Shown: piece after piece, positions 11,519 to 22,106 of the stretch
How the letters are laid out: each line of letters opens with the position of its first letter
How positions within the stretch are numbered: the stretch's first letter is position 1
Assembly: GCA_950097015.1 (NCBI GenBank)
Contig: CATNEN010000003.1
Coordinates: 12,462,001 to 12,526,000 of the forward strand
From: Macrostomum hystrix
Taxonomy: Eukaryota; Animalia; Platyhelminthes
Reading direction: 5' to 3'
Length of the DNA stretch: 64,000 bases
Made by a program: the position numbers and the translations under genes
The notes under the pieces: generated by a model
Database searches by the model: none
Told to the model about the DNA's origin: nothing
Seen by the model: the letters and a program-made list of their open reading frames with translations, nothing else

Positions 11519-12474
11519 TTCAGAAAATGCAAAATAGTGTTCTGACTGGCATAGTGCTGTGTCTGGATGCCTATGTTAATTAATATTGAATAATCATATT
11601 GTCATTTGAAAGTTGAAATAAACAAAGAAATTCACAGTGCATATTTAATTCACTATCCTGTACACTTGTACAGTAATCATGATATGAAAGCAGTTGACAG
11701 AGTCGACACTCAAAGTTGGCATTGTATTATTATTTAGTTAGCCTACGATCAAAATGTTACAATGATCGACGCAGTAAAAAACATGACAACAAATAAGCAA
11801 AAAGCACGGCCCTATTTTACTTGTGCATTCAAATGCAGCATAAAAAGTGGTACAATTCGAAACAATTGTCTTTACACTGCACTGCAAAGCTAATAAAAAT
11901 ACAACTTAGTTGTGCTATTGGCACTCGACATGTCATACAACTCAGTTAACTGGCAATGCGTTTACATCTACTGCTTCATATATTTATAAACTTTTGCAGA
12001 ACAGTATATGAACATATAATATAACAAAATAGTATATGTCTATTCTGTAATGTAGCGCGCCTGTAATTTATTCCAGATCTGCAATCTAGCGCGCCTCTAA
12101 TTTATTTTAGATCTGCAATCTAGTGCACCTGTAATTTATCTCAGATCTGCCATCTGTAATTTATCCACGGGTTTTTAGCTATTTTATAAGATAAATTTCT
12201 TTGCATTAGTTTATGTACTAATGCCGCAAAAGCACGAGTGATATTTACATTTCTTATTAAATGCTTATTATTTAATATTTATTATTATTTAATTATTCTT
12301 ATGGAATAAAGATATAAAGAATAAAGATATGAGAATAAAGATTCTGCAAATGAATATTTGTCGTAAGCCAAGTTGACCGTAAAAAGAACTGTCAGGTAGA
12401 TGTTACTAGTTGTGAGCATGGCTGTATAGCAAAAAGTCTATTATGCAGCACAAGAGGCACACACAAGAGGCACA

Positions 12475-15400
12475 TCAGTTTTTGTCTTGCCTCTTTCGCC
12501 TTCCGCCAAAACTTCTCTTGGATGATGCTGCAGCAGCCTGCAATAGACAGCGCTGTGAGACTGCTGCCGTAGCCGGAGTGGACCTGGTCATCTTGCTTTT
12601 CTTTGGCGCCGTCGATGTCTCCGACTCCTGACACCCGACAGTTGATTTTCCGGCCGCGCTTCTCTTCTGTACTGTGCCATTCTGACCGTTGGATTTCCTG
12701 GAAATTGCGCTTTTTTGGTTCTCAGCAATTGCTGCCTTTACGACAGTCATGCAGTTCGAATTACTGGTTTGTGGCTGCCGAGATGCTGCTGTTGGCGACT
12801 TTGCCGTAAACGGCAAAACGACATCTGGACTGCTGTCCTCGGAAGTAGATGCCAGGCTGGTAAGCAGTCCAGATATGGCACACCGAGCTGCGACACTCAT
12901 TGTGTGTAAGTTTGCCTGGTAGGGCTACATTTGGCTTATGGGCCAGTCGCATCGAAACAACCTTCTGGTGGTCTTCATCCAAGTACATGGCAGAGTATGT
13001 CTCAACAAATTTCCGGTACGCAGTGTTGGTTACATTCTCAATGGCTGGCTCCCTGGCTCTCTCCTTAGTCCACACTCCAGAAAAGCCACCAGTTCTGAAC
13101 AGCAACAAACGATCGCTTGGACTGCAGCCAGCTTGGTTTCGGTGCTCAATAAATTGAATAAGCAGGTCGCGAATATCATCAACGGCAACACGAACAGCAC
13201 CGTAAATATTTGAGGTTTTGTGCTCTTTGACAAGCAGCTCGCCATCTGGTGCCTCGCGCCATTCATTCGCCTCGGCCATTGTAACATTTGTTGGAACGTC
13301 CGGCCGGGAAGCGTTCCCGGACGAAAAACACATTGCAGCACCAATGGCTAGCTGGACAGCTTCGGAGTTTAAGTCGGTGGACGTCTTCGCCCGCTGAATT
13401 AACAGTCGCACATGTTTGTGAAGAGCGTCGACTTGGTCAGTCGACAACAACTCTTTGTCAAGGAGGTTGCGCAATCTAGCGTCGTTGGCTTTGCGCACTT
13501 TGAGCCCAAACGTTTTGGCAAGTCGGTTCACGCGCTCTTCGAACTCAAGAAGATACACTTTGATCTTGAATGTGCTTAGTGGAACTAATTGTCTGGCGCG
13601 AAAGTAGGAAATAAAATGCACAAGAGCATTTATGCAGCTTCGGTCTCCTGAGCCGGAGCGGGTGCATTCCGCTTGAACATAAGCCGTAATTGCATCACGC
13701 TTCGAACCGCTAATGAAAGAAACCAGGTCGTCCATTCCGCAACTTTGCGACATTTTTCGCAAGGCGTTTCCATTTTTAGTTGCAGTCGAAGCCTTGAGTC
13801 CACCGCCTTCCCAGGATGTTAGCCACTTCATGAAGTCTTTGATTTCAGTTTCGATTAAAGATTCTGCTTTCTGAGCCTTAATGGTTTCCGTAAGCTCTTC
13901 GAACTTCTTCTGGCTAATTTCTTTTGCTGATTCCTGACGATCATGAAAGTGAAACCTTATTCGGTGCGCAGTGATGGATCGTTTTGCCAGAAGAACGTTA
14001 CATTCGGGACAGGCAACACGTTTCTCATTTTCCGACACTTCAGGTTCTTGATTAAACAGCTTAATTTCTGTAATCAGATCGTCCATTATTCTAGAAGTGA
14101 CGAGATCAGGGTGGCTCTCTCGTAGATGTTGTCTCAGTCTTGATCCGGAAATGCCATGCATTGGCTTCTCCTCACGAGGCTTCTTGAACGGACAGATGTA
14201 ATTAATACCTGCCTTGCGCTTCTCTGCACCCTCGGTATTTACTTCGCGATTCTGCCGTTTCCCCTTTTTGGAGTCAGTTGGAGTTGCAGATTGCAGTTGT
14301 GATTCACTGACGGGTGACAATGGCTCACGTATGGCAGGGTCAGGTGTGGGAGACTCAGGTGACTGCAGTACAGGCTTCGTAATACCGGCCACAGTAGAAA
14401 CTCCTGCAGCAGACATAAGGTCGCTCATAATGACGCCAACCTCATCGTCTTCGGCGTCCAAGTCGCAGTTAAAATACTTGTTCCGAACAACCTTCCCAAA
14501 GGTCACAGTCACTTCATCCATACCAGCTGCATCATCCAGAAAATCCTGTATTTGCGCTAGGTCCGACTGCAGCGCCTGGTTGACCGAGCATGCACCTGCC
14601 ATGTCGTTGCCTGGCAGAGTTTCGGCAGGTTGACTGGATGGGCTTGGCAACACTTTCTCGCTAGTGGCCTGCAGGTCCGACTGCAGCGCCTGGCTGACCG
14701 AGCATGCACCTGCCATGTCGTTGCCTGGCAGAGTTTCGGCAGGTTGACTGGATGGGCCTGGCAACACTTTCTCGCTAGTGGCATGCAGGTCCGACTGCAG
14801 CGCCTGGCTGACCGAGCATGCACCTGCCGTGTCGATGTCAGGGCCTGCAGAAAATGGCAGCATAGCAAGGTGTTTTATGGTCAGTGTGAAAGAAATGCAA
14901 TATCCATGACACATGCCAGCACAGCATCGTATAGTATCTGCAAGCAGTGTCACACTGCCGAGAAAGTATAAACAATTGTACACTATGACAATTATTATTA
15001 TTACTCTTAGTACTAAATCATATATCTTATATGTATGGACATCAGTAATTTGATGTGCCCTGTAATTTGATGTCCCCTGTAATTTGATGTCCCCTGTAAT
15101 TTGATGTCCCTGTAATTTGATGCTCATCTGTAAAATGATGCAGCCTGTAATATGAAGCCGAACTGTTTTCATATGTATGCATATAAGTAATACCATGTGT
15201 ATGCACGTACATGCACACACACACACACTTCTTTTAATATACAATACCTTATCTCTAAAAATAACTACTAATTAACTCTGTCAAAAGGAAAAACTTCAAC
15301 TGGAAAGATAAATCGCAGGGCTACTTGCCTGGCAGAGTGGCGGCAGGTTGACTGGATTCGCCTGGCAACACTTTCTCGCTAGTGGCCTGCAGGTCCGACT

Positions 15401-16388
15401 GCAGCGCCTGGCTGACCGAGCATGCACCTGCCATGTCGTTGCCTGGCAGGGTGGCGGCAGGTTGACTGGATGGGCCTGGCAACACTTTCTCGCTAGTGGC
15501 CTGCAGGTCCGACTGCAGCGCCTGGCTGACCGAGCATGCACCTGCCATGTCGTTGCCTGGCAGGGTGGCGGCAGGTTGACTGGATGGGCCTGGCAACACT
15601 TTCTCGCTAGTGGCCTGCTGGTCCGACTGCAGCGCCTGGCTGACCGAGCATGCACCTGCCATGTCGTTGCCTGGCAGAGTTTCGGCAGGTTGACTGGATT
15701 CGCCTGGCAACACTTTCTCGCTAGTGGCATGCAGGTCCGACTGCAGTGCCTGGCTGACCGAGCATGCACCTGCCATGTCGTTGCCTGGCAGAGTGGCGGC
15801 AGGTTGACTGGATCGGCCTGGCAACACTTTCTCGCTAGTGGCCTGCAGGTCCGACTGCAGCGCCTGGCTGACCGAGCATGCACCTGCCATGTCGTTGCCT
15901 GGCAGAGTTTCGGCAGGTTGACTGGATGGGCCTGGCAACACTTTCTCGCTAGTGGCATGCAGGTCCGACTGCAGCGCCTGGCTGACCGAGCATGCACCTG
16001 CCATGTCGTTGCCTGGCAGAGTGGCGGCAGGTTGACTGGATGGGCCTGGATTTTTGCTAGAAGCCTTGTTGACCTTGCCATCAGTAATTTTGACATTCTG
16101 CTGGCCTTTCCTAAAAGAGGTTGTAAATATTATTAATTGGTAATTGTTATGTAAAAACTTAAAACATTAAATTTTGTTTATAATTAATATGCAAGTAGCA
16201 TTAGTGTTGACTTACTTTCCAACTACTCCAGTCCATTGTTTTCCATTCTCTTCAAAAATAACATGAGTTCCAATTTTTATTTTCTCATGTTGAATTCTTG
16301 GCTTTAAATCTTCTTCAAATACCCAATGACAGTGACCATCAGATATGTCATCCCAGAAGACTAAAACTCGTTTTTTCTTTAAGCCCAT
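12475..16388 (-). pseudogene. Spliced tyrosine recombinase gene (exons 16388-16216, 16110-15329, 14844-~12475) with a frameshift just before the presumptive catalytic Tyr
   Basis: Catalytic-domain motifs SGNASRPDVPTNVTMAE (Arg I), LVKEHKTSNIYG (Lys), TNTAYRKFVET (xxxR) and LAHKPNVA (His). A TAC at 12921-12919 sits in the shifted frame that continues as ORF 12475..12900. Upstream are a core-binding-like FMKWLTSWEGG.LKASTA segment, C2H2-like fingers (CPEC...H...H), 38-aa repeats and an N-terminal VLVFWDD...WTGVV beta domain. Splice phases checked. Confidence 0.8.
14561..16048 (-). repeat. 114-bp coding tandem repeat (38 aa, ~6 copies in exon 2 and ~2.5 in exon 3)
   Basis: Unit GNDMAGACSVSQALQSDLQATSEKVLPGPSSQPAATLP; period 114 bp (15361 to 15475); split by the 15328-14845 intron. 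Confidence 0.95.
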
Positions 16389-17234
16389 GTAGAATTGTAT
16401 AGTCTTAAGAGTAAGACTAAGCAATATTTACTGGCATTGAAAAAGTGCTGAAACAAAAGAGTGAAATAAATGTTATAGTGTTAATCAAAAAACTAAAATT
16501 AATAGTTTAAACCATATATAGCACAAAAATTTGAATATTAATTAAAAAATACAATATAATAACTTATCTTAGTGGTTAGAGTTAGAGACTTTAGTTTGAA
16601 ATTAATCCTTTAGCCTCAGGCTTTAATAACCAATAAATAAATTCTGGAGAGAAGATAATGTTCTTAATCAGTATGAATGACTTGACTTCTTCAGCCTTCA
16701 CTGTTTCTTATGGTTACAGCTATATAGGAACTTTAACTCCATAAACTAATTACAGATATTTTGTGTCAGTAATTACAATTACAGTTATGTATGGCAAAGT
16801 TTTTTAGATTTTAGTTATGGCATTACAGCTATGGCAAATATGATGCAACTATTATTGCTATGGCTAAAGTTATGGGACAAATGTGATTACAGTGTGTAAT
16901 TACAGTGGAACACTAGTTTATTATAGATAAATGCTTATGTATGAACTTTCATTTTGACCAATGCAATATTAAAATTTAGAATGATCACAAATCTTATTTA
17001 GTAGAACTGATATAGACAAGTCACAAACTAGCTTGCTTAGTCAACTGAGTATAAAGCAGAATAGCTTACTGATTGATTATGATTGACCATAAACACCAAA
17101 CATTCTTAGTCTCTTGGATTAGAATCTAATAGGACAAAGATAATAATATAAAATCTTAAACGGAAATATAAATAAATGTTGGCAAAAGGCACAGAAATAT
17201 GTTTTTGTTGGTATGTGCCATACTTTCCAAAGCA

Positions 17235-17535
17235 TTACAGATAAGCACAGGATTACAGATGGTGTCGCATCAAATTACAGTATGACACAAAATTACAGAA
17301 ATGCACAAAATTACAGATTTTCTCAAACTCCACCAAAAGATTATAAAATATTAGCTCTACCATCTACTGAAAGCACAAAGTTCAGTATTTTTTCGTTTCT
17401 TTTTAAACTAAATTTGAAAAAATCGACTTTTAATTACAGATTTGCATAATATTACAGATAATCATTATTTTACAGATACTACAAATTACAGGTGCTTCAA
17501 ATTACAGAAGATTCAAATTCTGTTTAAGCGGAGTA
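17235..17535. repeat. AATTACAG repeat array, candidate subterminal region/right end of the recombinase-bearing element
   Basis: About ten ATTACAG units ending in CTGTTTAAGCGGAGTA. The same motif occurs at 16750-16910 and, inverted (CTGTAATTT), at 12044-12165 and 15044-15150. Confidence 0.6.
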
Positions 17536-18266
17536 GGCGTTCAGATAAAATTTTAAGTATACATAATCATTTACATTGTTCTGCTTTAAAACATAAATTG
17601 ATTGATTTAAAAAGACGATGAACAGTACAATTGAAACAGCTTTTGTTTATTCAAATAAAATGTGACTTGCATTGACCAATGCACGTGCTGAGAAAACAAC
17701 TGTTAGAGCAGTTACATGTAGTCTTGCGTGTGTCTTTCATTTCTGTTTTGTGCGACATACAGTCACGTTTTACTTATTACATGTCAATGACGACTGCTTT
17801 AAAAAGCTGAAATGACATTTTGTGTTTGTAATTAAATTGCTGTATCTGCATGCTATTGACAATAGTTATTGTTTACTAAGTCTAAAAGAAGTCCTTTTGA
17901 TTACTACGTGCTGTTTTATTACTTTATGGGTATAATTGGTAAGCAGTCAAAATAACTCATTTACCAAAATTTGCATGCATTCTTTCTAAAAGTATGCTTA
18001 TTATCCAGGGCTACTGCTGCTCAAACTAATGCCACAGTCCATTTATTCCAGAAACCTAAGTCTCTATTTGATCATACCAATTTTTCAAGAAACTAATATC
18101 ACTTCTAATGTTTTAAGATGACCTTGTAGGCACATGTCTTTATACCAGTACATGAGTTGCTTATATGTCTGGTAGGATTTAATTGATAATATGCCAATCC
18201 CTTTCAGATCTCTGATGTTCAATTCAATTCAATTCAACTCATTCAATAGCTTATACTAAGTTAGTT

Positions 18267-21147
18267 ATGAGTATTAGTATTACTCAGCTAAGAGAAGAAT
18301 TTCAACGGCAATATTCTAGTAAGTAAATTTATTTATTTATTTAATAAAATTTGTTAAGAAGCTATTGCTGATAAATACATAATAATTTAATCTTCAATTT
18401 TCTAAATTTAGTCTACATCAGCTCAGGCGAGTTTGATTCAATTGATGTTCAACGATTGCTAACAAATGATGCACTATGTGAAGGCTTCATCAGAGCTGCT
18501 ATAGCAGACCATTGTGACGCTAACACTAATACTGATAGTAGTGAGAATAGCGGCAACATCGAAGCCTGTCTGCTCTTAATAGAAGCCGCATTTAAATGGC
18601 GTCGACGCGATCAAATCAACAATTTAACTGTTGATTCGTTGGCTGTTTCAGAGGGAGAACAGAGAGCCTCAGCTAGATTTCTCACTGGATTGGATAGGTT
18701 TGTACAGTTACATTTCTGCTTTTCCCTGCTTTGGGTAACTCTTTTTATAAGAAGTTTTACAAGCATATAGGCATCTCATTTTACGGAATAACTGGTAAGA
18801 AAGTCCGGGACAGGATTTTCGCTCTTTTAGTTAATCTCACTGATGCCTGATTGGAATTTCGCTTAGATTAGTACATTCCTCTTGCATGATTGAATCGCAG
18901 ATGCAATCGCCCAGTGCTGCTAATCCGTGCATCGTATTATCCCAGTCACTGGCAGCCGGAACAGTTTACGAAGGCTCGTCAGCACGTTGCTTGGCTGTTG
19001 GACTCCAGATGGCTGTGTCTGCCAGCATCCGCTGACAATGAGCAGCAGCAGCAGATCACTGTACTGTTAGACATGTCAAACTGCAGCGTTAACCTGCTCT
19101 CAGGCGGTGGCAGCATAGAATTTCTTAGATTTGTAGTGCAAGCCTGCGCAAAGTATTATCCGGATTGTTTTGCCAAACTGTTGATCTACGAGATGCCCTG
19201 GGTACTTACTGGTTAGTGCGTGTTATTTTTAGACATTTTATTTGCTGTTTTAATTAAATAATTACGGAGTACTAGCACCTTCTTTTGACCTTTCGCAGCC
19301 GCATGGCGTGTACTTCGCACCTGGTTAAACAGGCCAGCCCAATCGAAGGTGGCATTTGTATGGCAGGCCACTCTGCCAGATTTTATCGACTTGCGACACC
19401 TGCCCGAACGCATGGGCGGATTGGTTCCAGAGTCGCAATCGCCGTTAGATTCGCATTCCACCGTCGGCGCGAGAAGAGTGCGAATAAGAAAGGCTGTATC
19501 TTTCAGCTCGGCTGAGGAAAATTTGAGTGTCGTCGATTTAACATCTTATTCGGCCTTATCAAACATGTCCAATTCTATTGGTTCAAAGTATACTGCTGTC
19601 AGTAGTCAGCAACGAATAAGTCGCGGCATTTTAAAATTGCGCGCCGTCGCTATTAGCGATCAAAGTGAAGATAACGCTGACGAGAACGATGCACCCGCTG
19701 AAATATGTCTAGCTACAGAGAATAGCTTTGTTGGACGCTATTTGACTGTTAGTCCGGCAGATCGATTAGATTTTCCTAGCTCAGATACAACGGATGCGAC
19801 TGCTTCAGGAGCGGCTTCAACTGCCGGGTCTCGGTGCTTTGTGCGACTGGTTAATCTTAGTTCAGTGCGATGGGTCGCTTACAAGGTATGCTGGGGCTAC
19901 TGCATGGCGATTGTTCCATTAGGATAGGCTAGGTTTTTTACCCAGAATTCTTGCAATTCTAGGAAAGTATTTGATTTGTGCCTTTGCCATATAATTTGTG
20001 AGTAGAGCAGCGGTCTATGCGGAGATTAGGAATTCTATATTAATCCAAAAAAATGATGGGTGTCAGGCCAGCTGGCACTCGAATTCTGATTTGGCATGCA
20101 ACAGATTTGGACCTATTGACACCACAAGTCAGACGAAATAAAAACTTTGCATGCAGAACTGAGACATTATGGTGGTAAATATTATGGTAAGAAATCATTT
20201 TTACTGCCCATTGTACACCTTAAAAAACCAGGTTCGCACAACTGCACCCTGTGACTATCGTGTTAAACCCGGCTGTTCCATTGTGCCGCCAAATTCTTGT
20301 GTATCTATCACTGTTGTCAGACGCAGCAGGAATACTTTTATATCGCCAGCGAGTCCAGCTGTTCCTCAATCGAGCTCTGGACCGTTGGCCCATCGATTGC
20401 AAATAATTGCGGCTCCTTTAGTTAATTGCTTAGACAATAATACCAGCAATGAATGCTATAAAGAGCTGGCGACTGCTTGTTTAAGGTCAGCTAAACCAGA
20501 CCAGTTAATGGAGCACCGACTTCTGTGTCGACTCGTACAGTCTGATGCTACTTGCTCGGCTGTTATTGCTAATTGTTTAAATTTTACCGAAGAAAATACG
20601 CTGGAGACAACCAAGGAGCTGTCTAATCGAGTGAGTCAGCGATCCATTTTTACTTTAGCTCAATTCATTCAAATGGCAAGCACTTTCCCAGTGCGTTAGC
20701 ACTTTCCTAGTGCGCTAGCACTTTCCCAGTGCGCTAGCACTTTCCCAGTGCGCTAGCACTTTCCCAGTGCGCTAGCACTTTCCCAGTGCGCTAGCACTTT
20801 CCCAGTGCGCTAGCACTTTCCCAGTGCGCTAGCACCCTCCTAGTGCGCTAGCACTTTCCTAGTGCGCTAGCACTTTCCCAGTGCGCTAGCACTTTCCTAG
20901 TGCGCTAGCACTTTCCTATTTTCGATTTCAGATTGACAATCTTCGATCAGCTATTGAAAAGCTGTCTTGTGGAAGTTTTGTTCATCATTCAGCAACGGAA
21001 TCGTTCCGCATCTCACTGAAAATTCAGTTTGTTTATGTGCTACTCCTGCTGGGAGCTGTCCTGTTGGGTTGGTATCTCAGCAGCGTCACGCATGCTTCTT
21101 TAGGCTTGCAGTTTCTGGTGCCGAAATTTCTCTCTGATTTACTATAG
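18267..21147 (+). CDS. MOSPD2: Motile sperm domain-containing protein 2 (CRAL-TRIO + MSP + C-terminal TM); exons 18267-18318, 18412-18697, 18901-19211, 19299-19885, 20232-20630, 20932-21147
   Basis: FDSIDVQRLLTND, AFKWRR, ITVLLDMSN...EFLRFVV...KYYPDCFAKLLIYEMPWVLTAAWRVLRTWL (CRAL-TRIO); VAYKVRTTAPCDYRVKP (MSP); hydrophobic tail FVYVLLLLGAVLLGWYL. All splice phases are compatible. Confidence 0.92.
20680..20918 (+). repeat. 19-bp intronic minisatellite GCTAGCACTTTCCCAGTGC
   Basis: About 12 tandem copies filling the last MOSPD2 intron; the unit contains GCACT/AGTGC inverted arms. Confidence 0.95.
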
Positions 21148-22106
21148 TCTGGTTGCCTTATGTATTTACATTTTTAATCAGGTTTTTTTGCGAATTTTAC
21201 TTCTTGCTTTGGATTAACTTCTTAACATTTCAGCTTTTTTAATCTGTAACAATCGTGCATAAAAGTTAGCTTGACAATTGTAATTATAAATTATCGACTT
21301 CACAATGAACATGGCTGTACAGGAACCAATCGACCAAGACTGTAATTTTAGCATTTGTAATCTCAACCTCCCGTTAATAATACTAGTTCATTATTCATTT
21401 ATTTTTTTTAACCAACTAATAAATTTGATTATTTTCTATCCATTCTTCGCTGTGTGCTCTTGTTATATATTTCATAAAGTTATCACCAGATTTTTGCCAG
21501 TTTCAATTTTGGAGTCATATTTCTTTGTACGAGTATAATTAAATTTTTGAAGTAATTTTTTGCTTTAGTTAAACTATGAATACAAATCTCGTGGCGTTCT
21601 ATCTTTTATAAAAAATTAGGACAAGTCAATCAGATAAAACATTAGCATGAAACCAGAGTCAGCTCTATCGTTAGCACCATATTATTGGACCAATCGCCAC
21701 CGAGGGGGTCAGTAGCAGACAATATCCAACTACAGAAACAGACTGATTATTGATGCATTAATTCGATGCTTTTCTTATGCCCAGTTTAGGCCATAGACGA
21801 TTGCCGAAGCATGACTAGAAGTTCACTTATCCATAAAGCACAAGTCCAAAGTCTCCGCCATAGACAATAATGTCAAAAGTGTAAAAGGACTATAGCGAAT
21901 AAACTAGAAAGACAAATTCTATATATCAATGCCACCAACTGGTAATATTCGCTTTTAAGTTCGATACTTTTATCTTAAGAAGGGAAAACTCCAAGTAAAG
22001 TTAAAGCAAGGCTACCATTTTTCGACACAAAAAGTTTTCAGAAAAAAACTGAACAGAACCTGCAAGCAAAATAAATTTATTCGAATCAAACTAGCTAGCT
22101 GACGAG

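Noticed and set aside
12761-14560. DIRS/Ngaro retrotransposon
   Set aside because: No RT/RNase H or split/inverted terminal repeats near the recombinase, and the gene is spliced.
14845-15244. N-terminal ~130 aa of the 827-aa ORF
   Set aside because: AT-rich, contains the CTGTAATTTG array and a CA run; better explained as intron read in frame upstream of the acceptor at 14845.
15296-16136. Alternative-frame ORFs of 266 aa (-) and 262 aa (+)
   Set aside because: Shadow frames of the 114-bp repeat; splice phases select the MAGACSVSQ frame.
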